DNA of 64,000 nt, taken from Clostridia bacterium (GTDB lineage Bacteria; Bacillota; Clostridia; Christensenellales; CAG-138). Location: the NCBI GenBank assembly GCA_017509785.1, contig JAFWOT010000012.1, positions 1,544-65,543 of the forward strand, written 5' to 3'. How positions within the stretch are numbered: the stretch's first letter is position 1; each line of letters begins with the position of its first letter. The translations under genes were made by a program, and so were the position numbers. Positions 51,134-60,375 of this stretch are shown piece after piece. Below the pieces are notes generated by a model that was given only the letters and a program-made list of their open reading frames with translations, made no database searches and was not told where the DNA came from.

Positions 51134-51919
51134 ATGGCAAAGAATACGGATCCCACAGTCGTCCTGAGCCTTGAGAAGATCAACGAGCTTGAAGAGATAA
51201 TCGATTCCAGCCCCGCGCCCCGCTTCGGCGGCAATACCGACAGGCGCATCGTTGATATAGATGAGATCTATAATCTTCTCGGAGACCTCAAGGTAACCAT
51301 CCCGGAGGACGTCCGCAAGGCCGACTCCATCATCACCGACGCAAAGAACATCACCGCAAAGGCCGAGAATTACGCTTCCGAGCTCGTGGACAACGCGCAG
51401 GTCAGGGCGGATACCCTCGTCAGCGAGGCGGAGAGCAAGCGTGACAACATGCTTTCCACGGCAAACGCTTCCGCTTCCTCCATCATCGCGGAGGCCGAAG
51501 CGAAGGCCGCTTCCATCATCGCGGAGGCCGAGGCGCAGCGCGAAGCCATTCTCGAGGAGCATGATATCGTCAAGGAGGCGGAGCGCCGCTCCGAGCTCCT
51601 GAGGCGCAAGGCCGAATACAACGCGAAGAGCGTTTATGACAACGCCAAGACCTATGCCGACGGCGTTCTGGGCAGCCTCATGAAATTCCTTGAGGATTAT
51701 TATGAGATAGTCGAGATCAACCGCAAGGATCTCGGCGTAGTCCCCAAGCCCGATTTCAACGAGTCCGCCGAGGAGGCGAAGGCCAAGGAAGAGGCCGAGG
51801 CCGCGAAGCAGGCGGAAGCGGAGGAGCATGAGGAAGAGGAGAACGAGGGCTTCTTCGGTTTCCTCAAGAGGAAGAAGAAAAAGATCGAGGAAGACGAATT
51901 CGAAGAGGACGACGAATAA
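51134..51919 (+). CDS. Coiled-coil protein (ATPase subunit B/H-like), acidic C-terminus
   Basis: Ala/Glu-rich heptad-like sequence with an internal duplication SIIAEAEAKAASIIAEAEAQ. ATG at 51134 follows AAGGAGAG. Confidence 0.45.
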   Translation: MAKNTDPTVVLSLEKINELEEIIDSSPAPRFGGNTDRRIVDIDEIYNLLGDLKVTIPEDVRKADSIITDAKNITAKAENYASELVDNAQVRADTLVSEAESKRDNMLSTANASASSIIAEAEAKAASIIAEAEAQREAILEEHDIVKEAERRSELLRRKAEYNAKSVYDNAKTYADGVLGSLMKFLEDYYEIVEINRKDLGVVPKPDFNESAEEAKAKEEAEAAKQAEAEEHEEEENEGFFGFLKRKKKKIEEDEFEEDDE

Positions 51920-51959
51920 TTGTTTAAACTCTCTCGGGGCTGCGTTTTTAAGCAGCCCC

Positions 51960-53030
51960 TTAGCTTTTTTTGAAGAGCCGCGACGCTGTGAACGAGCACA
52001 GCAGACAGAGCGCGGCCGAGAGCGCGAACCCCGCCGCTGCCGCGCCCGCTTCGGCGGAACCGCGGAGCAGATCGGCTGTCCGCTCGCCCGTAAAGCCGAA
52101 GACGGCGGCGGTCCTATAAAAACGCGGATACAGCAGCCAAAAAGTCAGGGCGGATAAAGCGCCCGTCGCAGCCTTCGCCGCGAAATAGGGCCCCGCGCGC
52201 AGCTCCGTGTATATGAGCTTCGATTGAGCGAAAAGACAGATCCCTCCGAACGAGAGTATGAACGAGGCGAGCGTCAGCGCGTTTCGGGTGTTCCCCGCGA
52301 GAGAAACGAGCCGCAGTCCGTTAGTCATCTCGAATGCGCCGGCGGCGGCTCCCTTTATTATCGCGGGCGCCCCCGGAAGCAGCAGCGGCTCCGCGACAGC
52401 CTGCGCCGTGCGGAAGAACACGATCGTTCCGCAGACGCGAAGCATCGCCGTTACGGCTTCCGATATCGCCCCGGTAAACGCCGAGGCCGAAGAAGGCGGG
52501 GGCGGGGAGGAAAGCTTTTCATCATGCGAGCCCCTCCGGGCGCCGAAGGCGCAGAGTATGAGGCTCCCCGAAAAAGCCGGCAGATAGTGCGACAGCGCGA
52601 GCGGAAGCGCAAGGGACCGGTCGCCGAAGAACGCGGATGAAAGCGTCGAGACTATGAACATCGGCCCCGCCTGATTGCATACCGCGCAGAGCGCCGAGGC
52701 CATGCCCGCGTCCCCGGGGCAGACCATTCCGCAGATCATGGCGGCGGAGGGAGTCCCGCAGACAGCGGAAAAGAACGCCGCCGCCGGGTATCTCAGCGCG
52801 GGACGGAGCTTTCCCGGGTCGGCTTTCCCGCTCCTTGTAAAAAAGCATGCGCACACCGTGAAGGGGAACAGCGACGGCGCGACCTGATAAGTGAACGTCC
52901 GAAGCCCCTCCGAAGCGCCCTCAAAGGCCCTGTCGCTGAAGGGGATGAGCAGCGCGCCAAACGCCGCCATCAAAAAGAAAAAGACATATCCCATGGGAAA
53001 GGATATGCCTTGGATCGCGTCACGTATCAC
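51960..53030 (-). CDS. Integral membrane protein, YlbJ-like (sporulation membrane protein / nucleoside-recognition gate family)
   Basis: Multi-pass hydrophobic protein. Its position between coaD and tmcAL mirrors the Bacillus ylbH-ylbI-ylbJ...ylbM-ylbN-rpmF synteny. Confidence 0.55.
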   Translation of the reverse strand: MIRDAIQGISFPMGYVFFFLMAAFGALLIPFSDRAFEGASEGLRTFTYQVAPSLFPFTVCACFFTRSGKADPGKLRPALRYPAAAFFSAVCGTPSAAMICGMVCPGDAGMASALCAVCNQAGPMFIVSTLSSAFFGDRSLALPLALSHYLPAFSGSLILCAFGARRGSHDEKLSSPPPPSSASAFTGAISEAVTAMLRVCGTIVFFRTAQAVAEPLLLPGAPAIIKGAAAGAFEMTNGLRLVSLAGNTRNALTLASFILSFGGICLFAQSKLIYTELRAGPYFAAKAATGALSALTFWLLYPRFYRTAAVFGFTGERTADLLRGSAEAGAAAAGFALSAALCLLCSFTASRLFKKS

Positions 53031-54226
53031 TCTCGGACGATCAGCCGATGGGAAATATCCTCCGTGCAGGATCTGTCGTACGGTTGTCCGAGAGCGCGTA
53101 TCCTGTGCGCGAGCGCCGATACTCGTTCGGACTCGGCCGCCGCCGCGGGCAGGGTATCCCTGTCGGACGATCGTACGATAACAGGGAGCGAAGCCTTTCC
53201 GCGCAATTCAGAGAGCATCGCCCTTGAAGACACACCGAGAACCCTTATATAGAGGGCCTCCTTTTTTACGGCTTCCGACTGTATCCTTTCGTCTATGCCG
53301 AGGAGCGCGCACATCAGCGAGCGCTTCAGCCGCGCCATCGTGTAGCGCTTTGATTTAACGTGCGCCAGCAGCTCGTCTGCGTCGCTCGAAACGAGCGCAC
53401 CCTCGCGGAAGAGGTTCTCGAGCCCCTCCGAGATCTCCGGCAGCGCCCGTAATTCCTCGTCCGACATTGCTCTGACCCTGTAAAGCGCCGCGTCGGAAAG
53501 CCCCGCAAGCGTCGCGGGGAAGACACCCTTCCTCATCATCCCGGCGACGCCGTCGAGCACGGATCTCGGCAGCGCCCGGACGAGCCCGTCAAACACGGCA
53601 GGAGTCATGCGGGTCTGCCCGGCGCACCGTGCCAGCGCTCCGCGTATCGCCCCGGCGGAGCTGAATTCCCCGCCGAGCTCGCTGTCGGAGTGGCCGCTCC
53701 CGCTGCGCCTGACGGCGCGGAGCTCCATCCCCGGGCAGATGGTCCTCGCCGCCCTCGCATACTCAACGCCGAGTATGTCGTTCGGGCCGAGCTTTATCCC
53801 GAGCGCAGCCGAGAGCGCGGCGGGGTAGGGAAGGCCCTCTCCGAGGAGCTTTGAAAGAAGCGCGGGATCGGCGCTCGCTTCGCTTGCCCCGAGTACGGTC
53901 TCGGTATCCCCCGATTCGCTCCCGAAGGCGATCGCTTCGACGAGACCCGTCCCGGCGAGTATCCCGACGCCGCCGAGCGCGAATCTTTCCGCGCAGGAGA
54001 GAGCGAGCGCGTCGGGAAGCTCGACTACCATATCCGCGCCCCCGCGAAGCGCCCATTCGGCCCGCGTGAACTTATCCGCGCAGGCGGGCTCGCCGCGCTG
54101 AACGAAGCTCCCGCTCATAACGACAACGGCGCGCTCCGCGCCTGTCAGCCGCTTCGCTTCCGCTATGTGATACGAGTGCCCGTTGTGAAACGGGTTGTAT
54201 TCGGCGATAATTCCGACTGTTTTCAT
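53027..54226 (-). CDS. tmcAL: tRNA(Met) cytidine acetate ligase (YlbM/UPF0348 family)
   Basis: MKTVGIIAEYNPFHNGHSYHI nucleotidyltransferase signature. 399 aa. Confidence 0.8.
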   Translation of the reverse strand: MKTVGIIAEYNPFHNGHSYHIAEAKRLTGAERAVVVMSGSFVQRGEPACADKFTRAEWALRGGADMVVELPDALALSCAERFALGGVGILAGTGLVEAIAFGSESGDTETVLGASEASADPALLSKLLGEGLPYPAALSAALGIKLGPNDILGVEYARAARTICPGMELRAVRRSGSGHSDSELGGEFSSAGAIRGALARCAGQTRMTPAVFDGLVRALPRSVLDGVAGMMRKGVFPATLAGLSDAALYRVRAMSDEELRALPEISEGLENLFREGALVSSDADELLAHVKSKRYTMARLKRSLMCALLGIDERIQSEAVKKEALYIRVLGVSSRAMLSELRGKASLPVIVRSSDRDTLPAAAAESERVSALAHRIRALGQPYDRSCTEDISHRLIVRE

Positions 54227-54331
54227 TCAGACCTCAAATTATATTATTTTTCAGTGTCCATTTTCACCGCATATATGTTATAATCTAATTTGATGTGACC
54301 GTCAACTATTTTTTCGGAAGGAGATAAGAAA

Positions 54332-55330
54332 ATGTCGGTTATAGACAACATTAAGGCAAAAGCCAGAACACAGAAGAAGCACATCCTTCTTCCCGAAGGT
54401 ACCGAGGAGCGCACCGTTCAGGCGGCTCAGCGCATAATCGAGGAGGGCGTCGCCGATATCTCCCTCATGGGCAATGAGGACGAGATCCGCGCCGTCGCGG
54501 CAAAGTTCAACGTGGACCTCACGGGCGTTGGGATCGTCGATCCCGTCAAGTCCCCCGATTTCGATACCTACGTCGAGCGCTTCTATGAGATGCGCAAGGC
54601 GAAGGGCGTCGATATGGAAAAGGCCAACAAGATGATGCACGATCCTCTCTTCTTCGCCTGCATGATGATCAAGGACGGCAAGGCCGACGGCATGGTGGCG
54701 GGCGCCATCAACACCACCGGCAACACGCTCCGTCCGGGCCTCCAGATAATCAAGATGGCCCCCGGCATCAGCACCGTATCCTCCTGCTTTATAATGGAAG
54801 TTCCCAACAAGGCTTACGGCGACGACGGCGTCATGGTATTCGCCGACTGCGCTGTCAATATCGATCCCACCGCCGAACAGCTTGCCGCCATCGCCATCTC
54901 CTCCGCAGAGAGCGCGAAGAACCTCGTCGGCATCGATCCGCGCGTTGCCATGCTGAGCTTCTCCACCAAGGGCTCCGCCAAGCATGAGAACGTCGATAAG
55001 GTCGTCGCCGCGACCGCCATGGTCAAGGAGCAGGCTCCCGATCTGATGATCGACGGCGAGCTCCAGGCCGACGCCGCCCTCGTTGAGAAGGTCGGTCAGC
55101 TCAAGAGCCCCGGCAGCCCCGTTGCCGGCAAGGCCAACGTACTCGTGTTCCCCGATCTCCAGGCGGGCAACATCGGCTATAAGCTCGTTCAGCGTCTCGC
55201 GGGCGCGACGGCTGTCGGCCCCATCTGCCAGGGATTCGCAAAGCCCATCAACGATCTCTCCCGCGGCTGCAGCATCGAGGACGTCGTTTCCGTAGTCGCC
55301 ATCACCGCCGTACAGGCTCAGAACCTCTGA
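54332..55330 (+). CDS. pta: Phosphate acetyltransferase
   Basis: 332-aa PTA_PTB-type protein: [43 protein letters not shown]. Confidence 0.9.
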   Translation: MSVIDNIKAKARTQKKHILLPEGTEERTVQAAQRIIEEGVADISLMGNEDEIRAVAAKFNVDLTGVGIVDPVKSPDFDTYVERFYEMRKAKGVDMEKANKMMHDPLFFACMMIKDGKADGMVAGAINTTGNTLRPGLQIIKMAPGISTVSSCFIMEVPNKAYGDDGVMVFADCAVNIDPTAEQLAAIAISSAESAKNLVGIDPRVAMLSFSTKGSAKHENVDKVVAATAMVKEQAPDLMIDGELQADAALVEKVGQLKSPGSPVAGKANVLVFPDLQAGNIGYKLVQRLAGATAVGPICQGFAKPINDLSRGCSIEDVVSVVAITAVQAQNL

Positions 55331-55348
55331 TAATACGGGAGAAGCATT

Positions 55349-56551
55349 ATGAAGATACTGGTCATCAACGCGGGAAGCTCTTCCCTCAAATATCAGCTCA
55401 TCGACGTCGATAACGGCAGCGTCATCGCCAAGGGCCTTTGCGAGCGCATCGGCATCGAGAATTCCAAGCTCACCTACAAGCCCACCGGCAAGGAGCCCTA
55501 TGAGCTCGTCCGGAACATGAAGGATCATACCGACGCGATCAAGCTCGTGCTTGACGCCCTCGTCGATCCTCAGCGCGGCGTCATCGCCTCCATGGATGAG
55601 ATCGACGCCGTCGGTCACCGTGTCGTACACGGCGGCGAGAGGTTCGCAAAGTCCGTCCTCCTCACCCCCGAGGTGATCAAGGAGATAGAGGATCTTTCCG
55701 AGCTTGCTCCCCTCCACAACCCCGCCAACATAATGGGCATCAACGCCTGCCGCGCCATAATGCCCAACACCCCCATGGTAGCCGTTTTCGACACCGCCTT
55801 CCATCAGACCATGCCCGAGCACGCCTTCCTTTACGGCCTCCCCTATGAGGCGTATACCGATCTCAAGGTCCGCCGCTACGGCTTCCACGGCACCAGCCAC
55901 GCTTACGTTACGGGCCGCGCGCTGACCTATCTCGATAAGCCCGCCAGCGACACGAAGATAATCACCTGCCACCTCGGCAACGGTTCCTCCGTTTCCGCCG
56001 TTAAGGGCGGCAAGTGCATCGATACCTCCATGGGCTTCACTCCCCTTGAGGGTCTGCCCATGGGCACCCGTTGCGGCGATATGGATCCCGCCATTGTAGC
56101 TTACCTCATGAAGAAGCTCGATCTCGACCGCGCCGGCATCGATAACTACATGAACAAGAAGAGCGGCATGCTCGGCATCTCCGGCGTCTCCAGCGACTTC
56201 CGCGATCTGGATGAGGCCTCGAAGCAGGGCAACAAGCGCGCGGCTATGGCGCTTGAGACCTTCGCCTATAAGGTAAAGAAGTACATCGGCGCATACGCCG
56301 CTGCGTTAAACGGCGTTGACGCCATCGTCTTCACCGCCGGCGTAGGCGAGAATGACCGCGCGATGCGCGCCTCCATTATGAAGGACATGGAGTACCTCGG
56401 CGTAGCGTTCGACGAGGAGTACAACATGAACTGCCCGAGGGGCTCGGAGCAGGTCATCTCCAAGCCCGAGAGCCGCGTCAAGGTCCTCGTCATCCCCACC
56501 GATGAGGAAATGATGATCGCGAAGGACACCGCAGCAATCGTAAGGGCGTAA
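55349..56551 (+). CDS. ackA: Acetate kinase
   Basis: [35 protein letters not shown]. Confidence 0.95.
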   Translation: MKILVINAGSSSLKYQLIDVDNGSVIAKGLCERIGIENSKLTYKPTGKEPYELVRNMKDHTDAIKLVLDALVDPQRGVIASMDEIDAVGHRVVHGGERFAKSVLLTPEVIKEIEDLSELAPLHNPANIMGINACRAIMPNTPMVAVFDTAFHQTMPEHAFLYGLPYEAYTDLKVRRYGFHGTSHAYVTGRALTYLDKPASDTKIITCHLGNGSSVSAVKGGKCIDTSMGFTPLEGLPMGTRCGDMDPAIVAYLMKKLDLDRAGIDNYMNKKSGMLGISGVSSDFRDLDEASKQGNKRAAMALETFAYKVKKYIGAYAAALNGVDAIVFTAGVGENDRAMRASIMKDMEYLGVAFDEEYNMNCPRGSEQVISKPESRVKVLVIPTDEEMMIAKDTAAIVRA

Positions 56552-56603
56552 AATAACACGGAATATTTGTCGGCAGCAAAAGCAAATATATTTGCTTTTG
56601 CTG

Positions 56604-56632
56604 TTGACAATATAGGCGCAAACGCTTAAAAT
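56604..56632 (+). promoter_or_regulatory. Sigma-A promoter of the DUF177-rpmF operon
   Basis: TTGACA (56604-56609), a 17-nt spacer, TAAAAT (56627-56632). It follows the ackA hairpin at 56574-56603. Confidence 0.55.
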
Positions 56633-56675
56633 GTATAAGGTTGTCTTGTAGATACGGGTACTGTGGAGTGTTAAT

Positions 56676-57191
56676 GTGGAACTGAACGTATCAAAGGAAT
56701 TGAAGCTTCCCGGCGAGGTGAGCCATGCTCGTCTCGTTGAAGAGATCGAGCCGATCGAGCTGCCCGGCTACGTAATAAGGCCGTCCGCACCCGTCACCGT
56801 CGATCTCGATTACAGCTTTGACGGAGAGGGTTTCCGGCTTACCGGTACGCTCAGCGCCGAAGTCGTCATGAACTGCACCAAGTGCAATGACGAATTCACG
56901 CAGGGCTTCACCGTCGAATTTGACGAAAGGTTCCTCAGAGTCTCCGAAACGGAGGCGGAGGAGATGGAGGTCTACCCCTTCAGCGGGGAAAAGCTCGATC
57001 TCACGAAGCTCGTGCAGGATACGGTTCTTTTAAACGCTCCGATGTACGGTCTCTGCAAACCCGATTGCCGCGGGCTCTGCCCGGTGTGCGGCGCAAACTT
57101 AAATAATACACAGTGCTCATGCACGCTTCCGGATGACGGCAATCCGTTTGCCGCATTAAAAGGGCTTGCAGAACTGTTGAAGGAAGATTAG
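56676..57191 (+). CDS. YceD/YlbN (DUF177) family protein
   Basis: C-terminal Cys motif CKPDCRGLCPVCGANLN..C.C. Conserved position upstream of rpmF. Confidence 0.8.
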   Translation: MELNVSKELKLPGEVSHARLVEEIEPIELPGYVIRPSAPVTVDLDYSFDGEGFRLTGTLSAEVVMNCTKCNDEFTQGFTVEFDERFLRVSETEAEEMEVYPFSGEKLDLTKLVQDTVLLNAPMYGLCKPDCRGLCPVCGANLNNTQCSCTLPDDGNPFAALKGLAELLKED

Positions 57192-57203
57192 GAGGAAAAG
57201 ACT

Positions 57204-57392
57204 ATGGCAGTCCCGAAAAGGAAAACATCTAAGGCAAGGCGTGATCAGCGCCGCGCTAACTGGAAGATCAGCGCTCCCGCGCTCGTAGAGTGCCCTCAGT
57301 GCCACGCTAAGAAGCTTGCCCATAGGGTTTGCAGGAGCTGCGGCTACTACGACGGCGAGCAGGTCGTCGCCATGGACAAGGACGAGAAGTAA
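57204..57392 (+). CDS. rpmF: 50S ribosomal protein L32
   Basis: [18 protein letters not shown]...[20 protein letters not shown]. Confidence 0.95.
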   Translation: MAVPKRKTSKARRDQRRANWKISAPALVECPQCHAKKLAHRVCRSCGYYDGEQVVAMDKDEK

Positions 57393-57419
57393 TCGCTTCC
57401 GCCTGATGAATGAGCTAAT

Positions 57420-57450
57420 AAGGGTACGTAACAAGTACCCTTCTTTGCTT
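57420..57450 (+). terminator. Terminator after rpmF
   Basis: AAGGGTAC (57420-57427), loop GTAACAA, GTACCCTT (57435-57442), CTTTGCTT. Confidence 0.6.
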
Positions 57451-57505
57451 CAATAACGAAGCGGCTTCCGTGGAAATATATCCGTTGTTTTTCATAATTC
57501 GAGGG

Positions 57506-57534
57506 TTGACATTTCCGATCGGAAGCTGTATAAT
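57506..57534 (+). promoter_or_regulatory. Consensus sigma-A promoter of the tRNA operon
   Basis: TTGACA (57506-57511), a 17-nt spacer, TATAAT (57529-57534). Confidence 0.7.
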
Positions 57535-57561
57535 AATGCCCGTCGCAAATACGGGTGCTAA

Positions 57562-57638
57562 CGGGGTGTGGCGCAGTCTGGTAGCGCACGTGCTTTGGGA
57601 GCATGGGGCCGGAAGTTCAAATCTTCTCACCCCGACCA
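57562..57638 (+). tRNA. tRNA-Pro (UGG)
   Basis: Manual cloverleaf. Acceptor CGGGGTG/CACCCCG. Anticodon loop TTTGGGA. T-loop TTCAAAT. CCA is encoded. Confidence 0.85.
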
Positions 57639-57644
57639 TTATGT

Positions 57645-57719
57645 GGCCTCGTGGTCAAGCGGTCAAGACACCGCCCTTTCACGGCGGTAACAGGAGTTCG
57701 ATTCTCCTCGAGGTCACCA
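57645..57719 (+). tRNA. tRNA-Glu (UUC)
   Basis: Near-identical in its core to B. subtilis tRNA-Glu (TGGTCAAGCGGT.AAGACACCGCCCTTTCACGGCGGTAAC). Anticodon loop CTTTCAC. CCA is encoded. Confidence 0.85.
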
Positions 57720-57727
57720 TTTTTTAA

Positions 57728-57804
57728 GGGCCTTTAGCTCAGTTGGTCAGAGCGGTCGGCTCATAACCGATTGGTCCGGGGTTCGAGTCCCTGAAGGCCC
57801 ACCA
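57728..57804 (+). tRNA. tRNA with CAU anticodon (Met, or lysidine-modified Ile2; it resembles ileX-type)
   Basis: Acceptor GGGCCTT/AAGGCCC. Anticodon loop CTCATAA. The TTGGTC variable region resembles tRNA-Ile2. CCA is encoded. Confidence 0.8.
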
Positions 57805-57821
57805 CTATAATTTAATAACGC

Positions 57822-57898
57822 GGCCCGGTAGTTCAGTTGGTTAGAATGCCAGCCTGTCACGCTGGAGGTCAGGGGTTCGAGCCCCCTTCGGGTCGCCA
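57822..57898 (+). tRNA. tRNA-Asp (GUC)
   Basis: GTAGTTCAGTTGGTTAGAATG D-arm. Anticodon loop CTGTCAC. CCA is encoded. Confidence 0.85.
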
Positions 57899-57911
57899 TC
57901 TTTGCAAATTT

Positions 57912-57987
57912 GCTGGTGTAGCTCAATCGGCAGAGCAGCTGATTTGTAATCAGCAGGTTGACGGTTCAAGTCCGTCCACCAGCTCCA
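57912..57987 (+). tRNA. tRNA-Thr (UGU)
   Basis: Acceptor GCTGGTG/CACCAGC. Anticodon loop TTTGTAA. CCA is encoded. Confidence 0.85.
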
Positions 57988-57999
57988 CCGGCATAATAT

Positions 58000-58084
58000 G
58001 GACGGGTTCCCGAGCGGCCAAAGGGAGCGGACTGTAAATCCGTTGTCACAGACTACGATGGTTCGAATCCATCCCCGTCCACCA
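58000..58084 (+). tRNA. tRNA-Tyr (GUA), long variable arm
   Basis: Acceptor GGACGGG/CCCGTCC. Anticodon loop CTGTAAA. Variable arm TGTCACAGACTAC. CCA is encoded. Confidence 0.85.
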
Positions 58085-58265
58085 AATCCAAGTCCCCGCG
58101 CGGCGGGGGTTTGGATTTGGCAAATGATGGAAGGGATTCGAAGGGCGGTAGTGAATGACCGTCCGGTGGACGGTCAGAGCCGCCCCGGGCTGCCCGAAGG
58201 CAGACGAATCCATCCCCGTCCACCAAATCCAAGTCCCCGCGCGGCGGGGGTTTGGATTTGGCAAA
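58064..58265 (+). repeat. 61-bp direct duplication of the tRNA-Tyr 3' end plus its downstream hairpin
   Basis: CGAATCCATCCCCGTCCACCAAATCCAAGTCCCCGCGCGGCGGGGGTTTGGATTTGGCAAA occurs at 58064-58124 and again at 58205-58265. The copies are separated by 80 bp. Confidence 0.9.
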
Positions 58266-58277
58266 GGCCAAAGCTTC

Positions 58278-58364
58278 GCGGGCATGGCGGAATTGGCAGA
58301 CGCGTACGGTTCAGGTCCGTATGGGGGCAACTCCATGGAGGTTCAAGTCCTCTTGCCCGCACCA
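58278..58364 (+). tRNA. tRNA-Leu (CAG), long variable arm
   Basis: Acceptor GCGGGCA/TGCCCGC. Anticodon loop TTCAGGT. CCA is encoded. Confidence 0.85.
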
Positions 58365-58832
58365 AACAAAAAGCACCCATCGGGTGCTTTTTGTTTGGTC
58401 CGAGAAACCTGCGTGAACCTCCATCGAGAACGCTCGCGTTCTCAATACGCAGGCGCGCGCAAGTATGCAAACGGTCAACAAGCTGCCTGCGTCATTGGAG
58501 AGTTCAAGTCCTCTTGCCCGCACCCATCGGGTGCTTTTTGTTTGGTCCGAGAAACCTGCGAGAACCTCCATCGAGAACGCTTGCGTTCTCAATACGCAGG
58601 CGCACGCAAGTATGCAAACGGTCAACAAGCTGCCTGCGTCATTGGAGAGTTCAAGTCCTCTTGCCCGCACCAAACAAAAAGCACCCATCGGGTGCTTTTT
58701 GTTTGGTCTGAGAAACCTGCGTGAACCTCCATCGAGAACGCTCGCGTTCTCAATACGCAGGCGCGCGCAAGTATGCAAACGGTCAACAAGCTGCCTGTGT
58801 CATTGGAGAGTTCAAGTCCTCTTGCCCGCACC
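58341..58832 (+). repeat. Tandem array (3 units of 161/147/161 bp), each unit ending in a copy of the tRNA-Leu T-arm/acceptor 3' segment
   Basis: GTTCAAGTCCTCTTGCCCGCAC occurs at 58341, 58502, 58649 and 58810. Each unit also carries the hairpin AAACAAAAAGCACCCATCGGGTGCTTTTTGTTT, truncated in unit 2, and a ~100-nt conserved segment. Confidence 0.9.
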
Positions 58833-59262
58833 TCTGTAAATACCTCATTTGTCTACCACATGAATAGGGCGAACAGACATAAGCGAAAAGCTACCAAAGC
58901 CGCCGAATATCAAACAGCGTACTATACCGATGATGATGAAAAATAGATGAGATTCATACTGTGGCCATGCTGCCGGACAACAGCACCGGCGGACAAGCCG
59001 CTGAAGGAGTGCTTGCCGGTAGGACAGTATGAAAACTGAAATGATCACAGTATCAACACTATTGAAAAAAGGCTGTATATAGAGTAACATATACTACAGT
59101 ATCCGCATCACGGTGCGATACGCTTGATTTCTTGTCGCACAGGTGAAAAAACGGCGGGTTTTGCTCAAAACTCAGCTAACAAGCTCGGGGTGAAGGTCAA
59201 AGCACCGTCAAACACGTTATGGATACTTTCCGGCGGGAAAGTCGTAATAGACGGAGGAAAGA

Positions 59263-60375
59263 ATGAAAAGGCTTTTGTCGATCATTATCGCAGTGCTCAC
59301 ATCCATCGCTATGCTCTCCGGCTGCAGCCGCAGAAGAGGCGCCTACGAAAGTACTCAGCCGCCGGAGACTTTCTGCCCTGCCACGCAGGAAGCCGCTGCC
59401 GGGATCACCGCAGAGACAACTCCCGCTCTAACGCCGGAGCCCACGCCGGAAGCTGCCGCTGAGGCAACGGAGGAGCCTCTCGGCCGCTTTGCTTTTCAGC
59501 CCAAGGTCTGCTCAGTATTTATGCATGAGGTCTTCGGTGAAGACATGTGCGAAGCATGGTACAATCTTGTGGACGCAGTCATGGCGGGGGAGAACACCTT
59601 TGCATGCAGGGACCAGCATACCTACGACTGGGTTATGGGGCAGTTCCCGAGGCTCTGCTTTCCGGTCTTCGTTGAGCTGATCGACCTCGCGGAGGATCGT
59701 GAGCATTCCGTTATCGACGGCGTTGCGAGCTTTACCTGGCGAGTTTCGCCGGAGGAAGCCGCTTCCGAGATCGAAGAATTCGCGGAGCTGATCGAAGAAA
59801 TTCTTAACGAAACGATGAGGACAGATTATTCGGATTTCGAAAAGGCGGTCGCGCTGTATGATTATTTCTCGAATACCTATGAATACGATTATGAAACCTA
59901 TGATAAGATGTTCGAAACATATGTGGACTATACGACGACTTATCGCCTGTTGACGACAGGAACGGGTATCTGCAGCGAGATCGCTCCGGCGTATTCCTAC
60001 CTTATGATGCAGGCCGGCGTTGAAGCGACGACTATGATGGGGCCGGACCATGAATGGAGCTATATACGCATCAACGGTCACGATTACCACATCGACCCGA
60101 CCTATCTGCTAAGCAACAAAGGGGCGCTGACCTATTTTATGATGACTGACGATCAGCGTGAGTACCACGGATTCAGCAAAGACGATTTTACAATAACGTC
60201 AAATTATTCGGATGATAACCCGCACCCCGATTACACAGCGGACGACGACACCTTCTCAAAGCTGTGGGATTACAGCTTCGAGGAGCTTATTCCGAATGAA
60301 AACATACTGCGCTGCTGGAAATATACTGAGGGCTGGGAGAAGGAGTATCTTGAATTCGACTACAGCGGTTTTTGA
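59263..60375 (+). CDS. Transglutaminase-like (Cys-His-Asp) lipoprotein
   Basis: Lipobox MLSGCS. Core GTGICSEIAPAYSYLMMQAGVEA...DHEWSYIRINGHDYHIDPT. Confidence 0.7.
   Translation: MKRLLSIIIAVLTSIAMLSGCSRRRGAYESTQPPETFCPATQEAAAGITAETTPALTPEPTPEAAAEATEEPLGRFAFQPKVCSVFMHEVFGEDMCEAWYNLVDAVMAGENTFACRDQHTYDWVMGQFPRLCFPVFVELIDLAEDREHSVIDGVASFTWRVSPEEAASEIEEFAELIEEILNETMRTDYSDFEKAVALYDYFSNTYEYDYETYDKMFETYVDYTTTYRLLTTGTGICSEIAPAYSYLMMQAGVEATTMMGPDHEWSYIRINGHDYHIDPTYLLSNKGALTYFMMTDDQREYHGFSKDDFTITSNYSDDNPHPDYTADDDTFSKLWDYSFEELIPNENILRCWKYTEGWEKEYLEFDYSGF

Noticed and set aside
51475-51540. Internal tandem repeat SIIAEAEAKAA / SIIAEAEAQRE in the coiled-coil protein.
   Set aside because: It is a short low-complexity duplication inside an Ala/Glu-rich coiled coil, which is common and probably not functionally special.
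58125-58204. Possible additional tRNA or tRNA-Sec in the 80 bp between the tRNA-Tyr end copies, using the second CCCGTCCACCA as the acceptor 3' end.
   Set aside because: I could not build a cloverleaf. The required 5' acceptor GGACGGG is absent (only GGAAGGG is present). No D-arm or anticodon stem can be placed with the right spacing.
58341-58832. Possible CRISPR array.
   Set aside because: The whole 147-161-bp unit is repeated, so there are no unique spacers between short repeats. No cas genes are nearby. The Cas4-like gene at 26131 is 32 kb away and in a different context.
57470-58839. Many overlapping ORFs of 60-240 aa on both strands across the tRNA cluster and its repeats.
   Set aside because: They translate tRNA genes and the tandem repeats. 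Their repetitive peptide sequences simply mirror the DNA repeats. No RBS or coding-like composition is present.
58845-59090. 81-aa minus-strand ORF downstream of the tRNA array.
   Set aside because: There is no RBS and the composition is odd. It overlaps the repeated gene-fragment sequence, where the + strand reading matches a protein C-terminus seen again at 60573-60628.
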